Part shown: piece after piece, positions 48,996 through 64,000 of the stretch | How the letters are laid out: each line of letters opens with the position of its first letter | Position numbering within the stretch: the first letter of the stretch is position 1 | Origin: Callorhinchus milii | Lineage: Eukaryota | Assembly (NCBI RefSeq): GCF_018977255.1 | Contig: NW_024704742.1 | Location: forward strand, 26,600,001 to 26,664,000 | Direction of reading: 5' to 3' | Length of the DNA stretch: 64,000 nucleotides | Position numbers and translations under genes: made by a program | Notes under the pieces: model-generated | Databases searched by the model: none | What the model saw: only the letters and a program-made list of their open reading frames with translations | Told to the model about the DNA's origin: nothing

Positions 48996-51900
48996 CCTCA
49001 TGAGAGCCCGAAGAGAGATAGGTAAATGGCTCCGTAAAGAATTTGATGGTATTAATCTGTGCTGCAAAATCCTTCAGCTTCACACCTTGTGTGCTCAATG
49101 TAAGGTAACCCACTGCTTTTGTGGTATCTGATATGATGAGATACATGATGGCTTATATAACTTTCTGAAGAATACATCCAGCTCCAGGAATTAAATACCT
49201 TTTCTCCCTCTAAGCTGAATGGAATAATTCAAAGAGGATCACAAGAAAGAAGGTTCCCCCAACAATTCACCAACCTGAAGAACACCAACAGCACAGTAAA
49301 CCCTGAGGCTCACCCAATATCTGTAGCATGAAATGTACAACGTTGAATGGAAAGTTACAGGTATCTCCTACTTCTCATCCCCTCCCTACATCTTACACAC
49401 GATCCATTTAAAAAAAAACTTAACATCGTTCCACCTGTGTCCATACATTCCTTATCTAATATTTGCATGCCTTTAATTGGACACAGAAAAGGATTTTCAT
49501 TCAAATTACTTAGACAAAAAAAATTAATGCTGGCAAATCCAAATGTACAATCCAGATAATAATAAGCAAGGATCCCTTGGAACTTTTGCCCTTCTACGTT
49601 CCTTTGTTAATATATTGTGAACTGACTTGAGTCAAACTGGACAATATTTACACCCTTTCAAAATATACACACAGCTGGAGCAACAAATAAAACATTCAGC
49701 AGCATTCCTGATTTTCTCCCAAACAGATCACTTAAGATCTCAAAGCAAAAAAAATATAGTTGAATCACATTTTTATAAGAAGCCCAAGTTTCAATTTCTA
49801 TTCTGTCCCCTCAGGTACCCTTCAAGACACTGCACAGAAAGAACATACATAAATCCTGCACAAAAATCCCTCCGATTTACAGATGCCAGAGTTTATCAAT
49901 AGGCTCCACAAACCGTTTGCAGTACACACTTCTGGAAACACATATTGATCAAGTAACCTTTGCCCCACAACCATCATTTCGCAGAGCCTGCATGTCAACA
50001 GCTTGTGCTTGCTCTAATGAAAAAAAAGTGGACTGATACCATTTGTATGAGATCAGCCTGGTTGCTAAACAGTGAAATCGTATTACAGAACAATGAATAA
50101 TGCCATTTGAGAAGGTAATAATAATCCTTGCATTTGATATTGCGCCTTATTATGTCATTGAGACGTCTCAAAGTGCTTCACAGAATGTATTATAAAATGG
50201 ATTGACTGTATTTTGTGGGCGAAACAACCTCCCCCAATAAAAATATATCTTTTTAAAAATAATATTAAAAATATATACCCCACCCTTAATAAAAAAAATA
50301 AAAGAAAGTCACTGTACGGATAAGAGAAACATCATGAAGCTTTTTTAAATTGGCATCGAGTTTGCACTGATATTGTTGCAATCTCATTTGAGTAGAATTA
50401 TAAAAATGGAAACATTTAAAATCTCTGCTTTCTTATTTATTGTCATAGTGGTTATCTACTTTCTAATAAGATCTAACCTTTCACTTGAATTTCAGTTATG
50501 CCCAGGAAAACACTGCAGATCATATGCAACATTACAACCAGTGGTACATTGAGCGACAGGTACATTGTCTCACCTCGTCTTTTCAAAGCTGCTTAATAAA
50601 AAGTGATATTTAGGTCCAATTGTCTAACTGCTGTCAGAAATCCCCTTGAGCAATAATTAAAGGGCAGAAACATCCTGGTCCATTTAGTAGGGACTTAACT
50701 GTTTAATGGCCTACTTTTCTGAGTAAAGCCTCAAGCATACCTTGAATGTAATATTGATACAACAATTCACAATTTAAAAATTGAAATCGACAAAATTACA
50801 ACTTTCTAACAGATTGTAGCAATTTCTACTAAACTCAGCACTCCTGTTAGAAATTTGCAAGAAATTAGATTGATCTCCTATGAAAGGAAAGGTCGAAACT
50901 CAATCAAAATTATCTACTTGTACGAGTATGTGTTGCAACTGACTTCAGAATATGATGATCTTGCTGCATATTGTCTCTGTTGAAACTCCCAATGCAGAAG
51001 TACAGGACTGACATTTGAATCTGACACAGCTCTCCTCCTCTCACAAGGGAAATTCATATGATGGAGTAGAATTCATTCACATTTGATCGTTGCTTGTAAA
51101 AGATTAAGGAAATAAAATAACATTTTGCTATCCTACTTTATATCAAGTGGAGGGACCAAGAAATTCCTGAGTCTAGTGTGACATTCAGTCACTAATGTGC
51201 AACGTCCTCTATGTGGTTTGGACAGTATTCACCTGTCGTAAACTCATAAATTGTACCATTCTGCTTAGTTAGCTCATACCAACCCTGGTCTCAAAACTTG
51301 TGCCCTCTGTACTGAAAATAAACAGTAAGATGCTACAAAAGATCAAAGCCAGCAAATACAAAACTAAATTCTTCTTGCTGCTTGATGATTCTGCCAGATG
51401 TACAGTTGCCAAAACACGATGGGTTTGTACTCACAGGACAATATAACCTGATAGTCAGAATGATACAAAGAAACATTCAGCTTGTTTGCTACCAAAATAA
51501 AGTTATGCAAAACTACAAACAATGTAACACTTGGTTCTTATATGGACACTTCAAGTAACTCAATGCAGAATTTCCAACAGCCTTAACATCAACATGGACG
51601 AGTTGCTGAAGGGCAATTGGCATTTAGAAAAGAGTGCACCTTCTGAAGAGGCATGGAGAATTGGAAGATCATAAGAAGCCACCTAGCCTAACATCAAATC
51701 GCTTTGAGATGTCCTCCTTGCACTACATGAATTACAATTGTATTGTAATTTGCAATGTCTCATCTGGTCATAAAAGAAAAAATAATACGCCAAAAGTTTA
51801 AAGTGCCATCCTATCCGTAAAGTGTATCACATCTGTGCAAAAATACATTCAGGTTCTGTTATTCTACATTCATTTGTAAAATGTTAACTTATTACTCAAT

Positions 51901-53134
51901 GAGAAACTAAATGGCACTGCAACGTCCCATAGTTATTTCAGGCAAGATACACAGTTGATAATCTTTTAGTGTGGAGATCACCATTAGACCTAGCAACAGC
52001 ATGTGGGGCAGAATGCAATTAGATTATCAAAGAATTTGAGATTAAATCCTAATCAGAGTTCGCATAATGGTTCTTGAATTGAACCTCAGCAGTTAAAAGC
52101 CTCCTCCGATCCCCCTGAATATCATTTCTAGGAGAACAACATTCCGTATACATTAAATTAGTGAATTTGCATTCAATTCAGTCGCAAATATCACAGGAAT
52201 GCTATATACAGTATTTTAAGGCGCAAATGAAAATCTTCAAGTGTTATAAGCAACATTTTATAACTGTAACACACTTGGTCATGCTAACACAATAAGGAAA
52301 GAAAATCTGCTGCCAGAATACTGTACTTTCTGGTGAATTTAAAGCAGTAATCCAATCTAACGGTTCAGATTGAAAATCCAAACCAGTCAAGCTCTGCTCT
52401 TGTGGTTTATGAGATAATCTGTCGGGTTTAGAATTCACTGCAAGTTAGCCATTATCCTCTATGTATTCAAGGCTTAAAATAAAGGTTCATTAGTTGACAG
52501 TGATTTCTGGACACAGTCAGGGTAATCCCCACAGCCAGTCAAGAAAACAGAAATGAGAATTCAGCACAGTTCAGGCCGATGAGATGAGCTTGAGATGATG
52601 GAACCAAACGGGAGAACATATTTTTAAATATTTCATAACCAATGTTTATTGTAAATTAATAATGCATTTCACATACTCTATCAAACATTTATAAACTTAT
52701 TGTGGTCTCCAGCTTCACTGAAATGCATCTCATTTTAAAGCTTTTTTTATCAAAGATAGTTATGTATTAGAAAATTATTGTGACATAATTCATTGCATCC
52801 TAATGCAGCTTTATGCAAATACCAGCTAATGCTGAACATTTGCAGATGGGTTCCAGTACAGAACTGTATTAACAAAAGAAAAAGGAATAACACAAAGTGC
52901 ATGTCACGCTTCTGAGAGCTGTGTTGTCATAGCAATGTTTTCCTTTTTTTTGGTCTACTTATGATAGAATACATTTTATTTCCCTCCCCCAACAACATTT
53001 CTCCAGCCAAAAGGTATTTACTTCAAGGCTTCTGCCACAAGAAAGCATTAAGCGTACATGAGCAGCAAGTCGCCCTTCAACCTTATTTTACCTCAGTTTC
53101 AATGGAAATAACGCCTGACCTACGTAATAAAAAA

Positions 53135-53470
53135 ATAATACTTGCATTTGATGTAGCGCCTTTCGTGTCAGAATGACATCTCAAAGCACTTCACAGGATT
53201 AATTAGAAAGTGTCGTGACTGTGCATCCCACAGGCGAAAGCTGCAGCCAATTTGTGCACAGCAATGTCCCAGAAATAGCCACGAAGTAAATGACCCAATT
53301 TCACCTGGGAGATTAGGAAAAACTCGCTTCTTCTTTTCGCCCAATAGTTCCATAATCCACCTGATCTGGCAGACAGGAACTTGGTTTAATGTTTAGTCCA
53401 GAGGACAGTACGTGCAATAATGCAGTGCTCCCCCAACATTGCATTGGAGTGTCAGCCTGCATGTGGGAGT
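53135..53470 (-). mobile_element. SINE family B, headless
   Basis: Tail plus gcattggagtgtcagcc. Confidence 0.8.
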
Positions 53471-55099
53471 TCAAAGTTGGCACAGCAAACACATCATGGA
53501 TAATTAGAGATGTGCTCTGCAGGATACAAATCTGCACATGTTGTACTCATAGTACGTGCTGGAGACACAAACAACAATAGGAATCTAAAGCTAAGATTTT
53601 GTACTGGTGTATGGGGTTCTCACTTCTAGCATCTTCTCAGTTAGCTGACCAATTCGCTTCACCTCATCGGTTACGGTTATCAGTCTCATTCATGTTTTCA
53701 CCACTAAGATCTTACTGCTGTCTTGATCCATATTGTAGTGCGAGTGCCATCACCACAACAGAGGTTATAGTGGACTCAAAAAACAGATGGCAAATCAATA
53801 CACCGTGTCAGCAATCTCAGCCTCGTCTCGCCCACACACGGAAATTCCCACCAGAACGAGAATTCAAGGTGAAACAGGCTTTCCTTGGCTTTAAGGATAT
53901 TCCTTAAATGTCCTCTCTGCTCTCACCTCCAAGTTGAAAACCTTCATAAGTGCTATAAATTGAGCATATCCTGGCTTTGTTCCTCAAGTTGTGAGACAAG
54001 GGTAATTCATTCATGACCAGCGATCACTAGGCAGGGTGGTCGGCCTCAGTGGGAGCACTAACTAGCAGAGCACAGCTGGTCAGTGTACATCAGGGTGAAA
54101 ATTGTGGAAATGTGTTGGTCATCACCGGGATTCATTTTCACCCTGTCATGTCTACAATTGTAACCTGCCTCAAATACAAGCAGGGCTTCAATACCAACTG
54201 CATGCAGTTACACTACTTCACGTCCTCTGAAAGGAACAATTCCATATCATAAAATGATACTCCAGTCTTCAAACGGTTAAACAGATTGAGTAAAATCAAA
54301 CAAAATACAGTTTGTTCCTTGAAACTGATCACACCTTTCAAGTTGATATGTTTTACATTGAAGCTCAGCTGACCTAACTACAAACTGATATACTTCCTTC
54401 TGCGTTTGTTCTTTGAATGGTTGCAATGTGGATTCAGAGATAAATAATAAACAATAATAATAATCCGTGTACTTGATATAGCACCTTATCACGTCATTGA
54501 GATGTCTAAAGACTTTTCGCGGAATATATTGCAAAATGGATTGACTGTGTATTTTGTGGGTGAAATAAATATATATATATGTATATATATATAAAGAATT
54601 CCTTCAAATCACCCACTGTTGACACTGTTAGTTCAATACAATGGACAAAAATTGTATCGCTGATTGTTATACAGCACTGGAGCATGAGACACAGCTTTGG
54701 AATGAGGGGCAAGACATGGTTAGAAGTTTGGGGACTGAAACATCACATCTCAACAACCAGGTAAGTAATGGCTTCCCAGTCGGAGGATCAACGTTCTAAT
54801 TTAAGGGCAACCATTTTAAATAAAAATGTACATTTCTAAAACTGGATGTTTTATATCACAGAATATGACAACTCCATTACACTACTGTTTTCCTTCGTTT
54901 CTTTCACCCTACATCAACTCATTGCTTTCTGCACACTGGATTTTCTTCAAGTTGAGGTGAACGAGCCCTGCCTTAAGCCATTTTCTATCACATCTCTGCT
55001 TTTGTAGATAACATGAATAAGGCTGTACAGGCGGAACACTGTGGTAAATGAGAAGAAACACAGAAGTGGGGAAATATCTACATCTAAACAACCTGAGAG

Positions 55100-55281
55100 G
55101 TAAAATTAGGTGCACATATATCAATGCTAGAAACATTAAAAATAAAATGATGGAATTAGAGGCACTGATAATTGCTACTGTATATGGTATGAACGACAGA
55201 GACACAGTTAAATCAGGATGATGCAATGCAACTTACAAGATACAGGATAGGAAAGGTGGAAGCATTTCTATATATGTAAGG
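55100..55281 (+). mobile_element. CR1-type APE endonuclease N-terminal remnant
   Basis: IRCTYINARNIKNKMMELEAL...TET...DRKGG..S(I)YV-like motif order. Confidence 0.7.
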
Positions 55282-57344
55282 GTCACCCAGGAGGTTAGAC
55301 TAGTTGAGCGAACATTGCAGGATCACTCTTGCAATGATATCCTCTAATGTTCATTTTTCATTTTACTTCTAAGTACTAAATAATCATCAGGAAATATTTT
55401 TATCACCTTCAGTGCATGAGCACTTTATTCAGCATTTCACAAGCATTTTTGATCTGCATGAAGGGCGTTAATCTTCGAAAAGAGTATCCATAAAGCTACT
55501 GAGGAGAACAGTTCAATTAACAACCCGCCTGAGAATGGAATTTCCTCGTTTTAAAATTGATTGCATTTTAAAATATTCCAAAATTCTGCACAGTCTGAAT
55601 TTAGAAATCGTATTTTCCGCTGATATTCAAAAACCCCAATTTTCAAATTAAAACTGTATTTAAGATTTTTCTTGCACATTTCTTTACAATAACAATTCTG
55701 TAAGAGAACATTCTTGAGGTGAAGAACATCAGGTATTTGGGGGTTCTGGAGTTCTCAGCAAATCACCTCGCAATTCCCCAAACAAACTGAAGCGTGTACT
55801 TCACGATTTAGCTATGGTCACAAAAGCATTACATTTTAATTGAACACAACCATTTTAACAGAGTGCATTCATGCAATACAGGAAATACTCAACATCAATT
55901 ACGAAAAAAATTGGATGCAAAACCTGCTCAGCGTGTTGGTCAACATCAAAACATACATTAGTATTGGTTACAAGTATGCTCAGAATGGGAAGCAATATTA
56001 AAATAAATTGCATTACTTTTCTGTTAACCACAAAACCACTCATGCATTCGTCCATTTCAGTTCAGTCAATATTAAAAAGCTTCTCGCTACTTTGAAAATG
56101 GAAATGTCTCTACAAAAGCAGAGAGAAAAATGAAATTAAGGCAGAAGCCAATTTCTCTTCTCTTCTTCCCCTACCCCAAAAACAGGGGTAGAATGCTGAT
56201 TTGAACAAGTCTTATCATTAAAATGAAAACATTATTAACGCAAGAAAGCCTCAGTTTCTGAAAGAGAAAAACTAGTTAACATGTCAGAGTATCAGGGACT
56301 ACACCTGATACATAAGCTTATTTTTCCTCTCTCAGGCACTGTACCTAGCATTTAAAAAAAATCTGTAAAAATGGACCGAATAAATTCAAAATTTCAATTG
56401 TTTTACATTTTTATTACTTCTATAGTTCAATAGAATATTTGTGCAATGATGAAATGATTCTTATGCTAATCACACAAAAGTATTAATAAAAGAAACATTG
56501 CAGTTATTGTTCTAGTAGATTTGGGCTCAAAGTGTAGGATATTGGCTACTACATTTTGCCCACAAATAGTCAATGTACTTTACAGTATATTCTGTAAAGC
56601 GCTTTGAGACGTCAATGACTTGCAGCGTATATCAAATGCGAGGATGATGATTATTATTGTTATAACAGGAATGGGCAATTTCACACTTATCCATTTTAGG
56701 CAATCACTATCAACAGCTAGCACTTCCAGGAAAATCCAGCACAACCATCTGCAAAGTAAAATTCCCTCCACTCCATTCTAACAATGTACCTTAACGCTCA
56801 AAAGTGCAAAACCTAAAATGAACAGAACCAATTTCCTTGCCCAACCAACCTTATGGCCCCAAGTCAGATTGCTAACTTAGCACCAATTTGTGAGTAACTC
56901 TGTGCTGGACATCTGTCCCCTGACTCCCCATTCAAAATTGGTTTGAGACTGTCCAAAAGCATGGAATATAGGAACTTTACAGAGCAAGCTGAGAGAAGAC
57001 ATTCATCCCATGAGCTGGCTGGGTGCAAACCTTAGGCTCAGGCATATATATAACAGCATAAAGAAAAAACAAGAGAGCAGGGTGGCCAATTGTATACTGC
57101 AGCAATCCTTTCCATTTTCAACCCATCGTATTCCATAAACAACTTTTACCTCACAGAGGGAAAGGTCTTGTAACACAGGCAACGAAGGTTAAAGGCATGC
57201 GGAGAAATAAGTAGTTTGGTGAAACTGTGCTTTGCGTCTTTTATCACTGATACAACTCACAATTTAAGAGAGAGATGAAAGTGTCTGAGCAGGATTTCTT
57301 ACCTAAATTAGATTAAGACAAGAACTAACGCACATTAGACTGTT

Positions 57345-57432
57345 TCGTGGACCCAAAACTTTGGCTCACTTTCCTTTCTCCATAGATGCTGCCTGACCTG
57401 CTGAGTGTTCCCAGCGACTTCTGTTTTTGTTA
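57345..57432 (+). mobile_element. Penelope pLTR fragment
   Basis: ctcactttcctttctccatagatgctgcctgacctgctgagtgttcccagc is nearly identical to 43893-43943. Confidence 0.8.
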
Positions 57433-58624
57433 CACAATAGAAATGGATGTGGTAAATTAATGCCAGCCAAATCACAGAATTTGAAAGAACCATAGCTGTG
57501 TGCAAGCCGATGCACCGACCAGGTTATGGAATTCTGATATTGCAGATCGCTGATGTCTATTGCGGTGCTTAATTGAATTCTAACATCTAAAGTCATTTCT
57601 AAATTAAATCTGTGATAAATGTAGCATATTTCGCTGGCATCGTGCCTTGTTGACTCCAGTTTCAATGTGTTAAGACCCATAATTTATCATCGTGAAATCC
57701 CTGGTGAATTTAAGTGCAACATTCAGTTTTATGATCAAGAAGTCTGAAAACTCACAATTTGAACAGGCGAGACATATGATTCCATTTGCAATATTAGTGG
57801 TTTCCATGGTGATGATGTTCTGGTTTTGTTCTGTTCGTGGCGTTTCTTTTGCAATCGCAGGGTCTAAAGATACTCAGTACGGATTGGTGTTTTAATAGGC
57901 GTGCATTTCACCTTGGTCAATTGTGAACTATTACTGGTGGGGATAATGTAGGCTTATCATAATGGATACTCAAGAAAAGTAATCTCATCAAGAGGTTTAG
58001 ATAATGTAGTAAACCACAAACAATTATCAGCCTGCCCTTTGAACACTCAGCCACCATAAGATTGCATTGAAACCTTGAATCACTTCTGGAGTCTTGACTT
58101 AATGCAGCATACATTGTGAAGTTTGCACAGGATCAAGATTTTTTTTAGGGGTAGGGGAAGGGAAGAGGGGAAAAGAGAAACGATAACAAATGTCAAGTCG
58201 AATTGATTCTTTGAAAGATTTATCTGGAGTGTCATATCATCATTGCACCATTGTCTAAATCCAGTGATAATTCACAGAAAAATTAAAAAAGATGAATATA
58301 TTTCATTGAACCTCTTATCCTTTGCTTGATGACACTGAGGAGAATTGAACACAATATCAAGTCACAATGCTGTCAGGTGATCAGCTCAATATGAGGGAGG
58401 AGGAAGAAATCAAAAATGACAAAACTGGAGCAGCAACACTGTGCAGGTCAGTGACGTCCTGTTGAATGAAGAACCTCATGAGCTGCACATTTCATTGCAA
58501 TAAATAAAAATATATACTGGCATCTTAATTATTGACTGGATTCGTAATAGGATTTTCAAATAGTAATGCCTCAAGTAACCAGAAATGCTTCACATAGACT
58601 GTTGAGAACTCCGCTCTGTCTAGA

Positions 58625-59190
58625 TCTTTCACCCACAAAATATAGTCAATTCACTTTATGGTATATTCTGTGAAGCGTTTTGAGGCGTCTCGAAGATGTG
58701 ATAAGGTGCTACATCAAATGCAAAGATTATTATTATCATCATCACTTTTGAGAGGAGTCCCAGAGGCTGAGTGCGACATTCAGCCTGTTACCAGAAATGG
58801 TCAATATTTGCAGCTCATAGAGTCATCTAAGCTGACACTCCAATACACTGCTCTGGGTGTGCTGCGCTGTTTAAGATGCTGTTATTCAAATGGAATGTTA
58901 AACCGAGGTCCCATCTGCCTATTCAGGTGAACGTTAAAGATCCCATTGCAGTATTTGAAAAGAGAAAGGCGTTTCTTCCAAGCTACTGGTTAACAATCCC
59001 CCAAATAGGCAAATTGGTCACTTACTTCATGGCTGTTGATGGGACATCTAATTGGCTTCCACATTCACCTATAAATACACAGTTACAATCATTTATAGTA
59101 AAATGCTGTGAGTATCTTTGAGACATCCCAACGATATAAGGTCATATATAGCAATAATCCTGGTTATATCAAATGCAAGGATTATTATTG
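58625..59190 (+). mobile_element. SINE tail (58625-58740) followed by family B SINE (58830-59190)
   Basis: gctgacactcc...gttaaaccgaggtccc...aaagatcccattgcag...tatcaaatgcaaggattattatt. Confidence 0.85.
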
Positions 59191-62100
59191 TTAAAGTGCA
59201 TCATTTGAGTATTTCTACAAATCAAAAACCTATGAAAAATACATCTTTTTTCTTCCTTTCACGTACGGTGACTACTTGAGTTGGGCATCAATCATGGTTC
59301 TACTTTTGGCAAATAGACGATTTTACTCTAAACCAGAGTATGTTGTCCATTAACTGGTGAAAGTATAAAATAGTCTCACAAATTATCTTGAGGGAAATTG
59401 CAGATACCATTTAAATGCAATGTGACAGCATCTCAATATTCACTACTAAATACAAGTGTTTTTAAGGAATCTGATATTTTCATTTAATAGAAGTCTTTTC
59501 AATTATTCCAAAACGGGGTGGGGAAAATGAGGAAACTTAAGCTCAACTACTCCCTCTACAGTTGTCAGTCAACATCCTTTGCAGAATTTGAAAAACTTCT
59601 CTAGATTCACCTGGTTAACTCCAATCTGCCCCTCCCCCCACAAATGTGCAGTGATGAAATAAGATTGCCTTACTGAAAATACTATGCGTTTATTTATTAT
59701 TTATCATTTTCTGGGGGTAAAAAAAATTATTTGGTCACTCATTTCACGACTGTTTATGGGACGTGGCTGTGCATAATTGGATGCTGCGTTCCGCTCACAA
59801 AATATGCAGTCGATTCACTTTACAGGATATTCTGTGAAGTGCTTTGAGATGTCTCAAAGACATGATAAGGCGCTATATCAAATGCAAGGATTGTTATTAA
59901 ATTCTTATAGATCATGTACCAGAACACCATCTTCTGTTCAAACATTACAAGCATCTTGAATGCTAAGAGTTAATATCTACGAGACAAATATAAGTACTGT
60001 ACTTTATAGTTTTGAGTAATGAAGATGAAACTACAAAACAAAACTGTCCAACACCTTGAGCTCATACACACCACAAGGGTCAGCCAGACAGCACTGCTGC
60101 AAGTTAAGACAATCCCCGATCAAAGCTTTAAAATTATTGATTCGACACAGATAGTTAGAGGGCAAAATGTTAAATATACTTCTTAGTTCCACTACACTTC
60201 ACAGTCTCCAAAACACAAAGTGCCCTGCTATAGTCTACGATGCAAGTCACAATGTCAGTCTGGCTCAGTTGGTAGCACTCCCGCCTCTGAGTCAAAAGGT
60301 TGTGGGCTGCCTCAAGCCCCACGTCAGGACTTCAGGAATCATATAGTTTAAACTGACATTCCAATACAGTGCCAGGAGTATGTGAACCAAATAATGATTT
60401 ACCACAAATAATGGGCAGGCAGCACCATCCAATAAAATAATGCAAGAAAGTTGAGTAAAATAATCACAATATTTTACAAATCAATAGTTAGAAATATATT
60501 TCTTGTAGCTATAGTACATTAAAAGTTAAAAGTACAATTAAAATAGCAATGTAATCTTCACCAATACTTGACCAAGAACAATTTCCATTGCAATGACTAT
60601 GACAGACAGGTGAAGTTATTTATAGCTTTAAAAGTTCAATTTTAATAGACAGTTCCAGAGGAGAAACCCTGACTGTCACAAAAGACAAGGAGGCAATTTG
60701 TCTACAAATACACAGTTCCTATACTTTATTGTGTATCCTGTGAAACTGTTTGTGAGTCGTTCTCCTGATTTGAAAGGCACTATATCAAATGCAAGGTTTA
60801 TTAATTATTACTATTATTAATAAGAATTTATTAACATTGAATGCAGACCACAAGTTTGATAATGAAGTAAATATAATGAAAAGTGTTCTTTGCACATTTA
60901 CAGCCTACCTCATATCCTCCTTCAGCTTGGGTGACAAAGACAACTCCCCAAATTATGCGTCCTTATTCCCCTGGTTATAACTAGCAAGAAACAAAATAGC
61001 AAATATGGTGTATGGGTTACTTTATAAAGCCACTTCCATTGCAAGTGATTGACTGAACAGAAGTGCAACATTATTACCCTGGACTGACTAGTCCAAGTAA
61101 ATTACCTCTATCTGATTCTGAAAGGTTTCCATACATCTGTTAAAGTAGGTACAATAAATCACATAGGGTTATAAATGGATGTAAAAATAAGAGTACACTA
61201 TCAATGGGAACTTTTTACATCAACAATAATTGATAGCAATACACAACTTGATGGTCTTCCAAAGAGTGGTAGCTGAATGGCTGAAAACTTGTCCATCTAT
61301 GGCGGGGAGAAACCAGCCAGGGGACATGATGCAGGCTAAGAGGAAGGTGCAGACGAGCAATTGGATTGCAAAAGGTCATGAAATAACATCAATCAGCTTT
61401 AAACTTAGTCGTTTGCATTTACCTTCATCCAAAATAATTGAAGGTTTTTCTTTTAAATTCAATTAAATTGTGGGGAAAAAAGGATGAAGTTTACTTGTCA
61501 TCAAAAAATGTTTTTAATAATCATTTGCACAAAAAATGAAAACGTTATACATTTTCTGCAAGAACAGAAAAGCAGGAGGATGAAACCGCTACTGTGATTC
61601 ACCTTATAATAAGAAATAATAGTGAGCAACATGTTCCAGATCCCCCTGTGAAGTGACACATAAAATATACATTAGATGCAAGGACGCCAAATGATTCTTT
61701 TGGAAGCACATACTGGAAACACAAAAAATAGATTTTACGATTGTTGTCACTCATGCTTGAGGCACCTCAAGTATAATTATCATCACAGGGAAATCACAGA
61801 GAACAAAATGCTGAAAAAATAAAACCTCCATACCTTCAGGTGGGGGTGGGGAGGGGGTAGATGGGGAAAGAAGAGGGCACAATGAAAAGTCAGAGAGCTG
61901 CAAGAAGGTTTGGAAATGAATCAGATATCATATGATAAAAATCATCACCAATATCAGCATAGTTGAGTATTCTTTGAGGTTTGTAGGTCCAAGCACCAGA
62001 TCAATACGAACGACAGTCCAGTTTTTGCAGTCATCTCATCTTAAAAAAAATTAATAATATTTACAAATTCAATCTAACTCGTTCCATGTGGAGTTGCTGA

Positions 62101-63689
62101 TAAGCAACGTGCTTTGGGGAGAATTCCTGGCTCGTATTTGATACTATCCGTTTGGTCTTTTTTAACATATCGCACGGCTGTCATTTTAAAAGTCCTTATA
62201 AAGAATAAATGGAAAAAGCTAAGAGAACGGACTTGCATCCTAAAACCACAAATAAGACACCGTGCTTACATTGCAAGAGGTAAGAAAATCTTGAGAATCT
62301 CAAGTTCTGAGACATCTCGAAGACGTGATAAGGCGCTATATCAGCTCAAATTATTATTATGTTATTGTTATTACAGGTTATATAAATTTAAGGTGATGGA
62401 AAATTATGGTTTAAAAATGAGTTAACAAAATAAAAATCTACGTTTTTTTAAAAATCACTAGAAAACTTTTTTGTAAGACAAAAGCTAGAAACATAGCACT
62501 TTGAAGCAATCTTCCCAGTTCATCTTCCAGTCAAACCTACTGACTGTACTGATGACTGACATTTTGCCTGGCAGAAAACTGGTTGTCGTGTTTGCCCACA
62601 AAACAGCCATCAAACCACTTTACAGTATTCCCTGTGCAGAGTTTTGGGGCGTTCTCCTGGCATGAATGTACCAAATGTAATAACAAGTGAATATCAAATG
62701 TAAGGATTATTATTTCTATTGCTGTTGTTCTCTAGGTATACTTTGCACAGGGATGGATTTGGTGGCCATTACTTGTTCACACATCCAACCCAGAGGGATT
62801 AGATGTCCAGCAACAAAAAGCTGTTGGTTCAGCACACAACCCTTTAAATATCTAAAAAAAAACAATCTCCTAAGGGAACCAATTATAAGGCTTGCAAGAG
62901 GGAGATTTGTTTTCTTGTTCAATGTCTGAAACCTACGTAGGTCATATTTGGGCAGAGCAGCTCCTTCAAACTGTATCCAGATTGATTTGTAAAAAAAATA
63001 AAATTAAACTTTAATAGAGACCTCCATAGAGCAAACTGCTACTTTTCATGCATTTCACAAGCCCGCTGCACAGGTCTAGGCTGGAATAGACAAAATGCCA
63101 CCGAACTATTCCTGCGTGTAAAGGCAATCAAATATTCTGAACCCTAATTCGGATATGAATGCCTTCATTACTATGATGAACCATCTGTCACACAGGAAGC
63201 ATAATTGATCAATCTGCTGTCATGTTCTTGCTTTCTCTGTTTAGCCTAACTTCCAAGAAATTGTCAGTGTCACAGGCATTCGAGTCGACTCATTGACTGC
63301 TACTCATTTAACTTCAGTGCTGAACCTCCCGTTGCTTGGAAATGCCTAAATAATATTAATACAGAGGTTCACCTGCCCAAAGCCATCTCGGCTCTGCATA
63401 ATAGCTATCTGAATGCTAAGCACTGTTCCGAATACAGAGCTAAATGAGTTACACAATTGACGCTACTGTAACCAATGTAAAGGCTGTTTTTAAATATAAT
63501 AAAGAATAATCTGTGCATTTGATATAGCATCATATCACATCAGGATGCCACAAAGTGCTTCACAGAATATATGAAGACATATTGGATACAAAAGGCAGAT
63601 ATTTTAATCCAAATTTAAGTAAGAGAACTGATTTGTATGACAAAACAATAACTTGGATTTGTGCATCACCCCTTCCCAACATCTTGGGG

Positions 63690-64000
63690 TATTTTATATA
63701 GACAAGGCCAGGCACTGAATAGGAGGGAGTAGGAAAGAGATGAGTGTAGGCACAGTTGAAAAGGCAGGTAGATTTTAGGCAAGTTTTGAAGACAGATAGA
63801 GAAAAGGTGAAACTTTTGAAGTAATTCCAGAGGGTGAGGCTCAGTGGCTGAAGGCTCAGCTGTTGATGGTGGAGAGATAGAGTGGAAGACATGAAGCAGG
63901 CCGGAATTGACAAAGTGACATGGTTACAGGAGATCCTAGCTATTGGATGGTGCAAAGCCATGGATGCAGATCTTAAAGTTAAAGAAGACCTTTAATAGGC
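63690..64000 (-). mobile_element. Old L2 3' fragment running off the window end
   Basis: LWN...SVFKTCLKSTCLF in the minus ORF; aattccagagggtgagg...ctgaaggctc resembles 10756-10790. Confidence 0.7.

Noticed and set aside
57148..57305. Two donor-like sites on minus (GAG/gtaaaa, TAG/gtaaga)
   Set aside because: The ATG frame stops before the donor and there is no convincing acceptor or other support.
22200..64000. Search for the Bbeta2 mitochondrial-targeting exon (MKCFSRYLPYIFRPP...)
   Set aside because: No match seen; it may be further upstream or absent. tBLASTn would settle this.
1..64000. Recurrent ~100-170 bp motif as a CRISPR-like or tandem array
   Set aside because: Dispersed, both orientations, variably truncated, (tta)n ends: SINE tails in a vertebrate genome.

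Overview
Vertebrate genomic DNA, AT-rich and repeat-dense, with no prokaryotic features. The repeats (SacSINE1/Deu-like tRNA SINEs, shark-type CR1, L2 and Penelope-like elements) point to a cartilaginous fish, probably a holocephalan (inference). The only host gene evidence is on the minus strand: a 70-nt first coding exon (21509-21578, [23 protein letters not shown], phase-1 GT donor) of a PP2A B55 regulatory subunit. Its 5' UTR and promoter resemble PPP2R2B rather than PPP2R2C. No downstream exon was found, so 1-21508 is intron and >22.2 kb is upstream or 5' intronic sequence. Main findings: (1) a short interrupted CAG tract in a promoter block that resembles the human SCA12 repeat locus as I recall it; (2) a strong-Kozak upstream ORF overlapping the B55 start codon; (3) a splice-site-bounded, phase-compatible candidate alternative 5' exon at 41794-41867; (4) an unclassified repeat occurring twice as head-to-head pairs; (5) local rearrangements, including a templated 137-bp insertion, an inverted duplication and a Penelope internal inversion. 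Nearly all tracked ORFs are spurious or retroelement-derived. Repeat boundaries were read by eye and are approximate. Comparisons to human sequence are from memory and need alignment.
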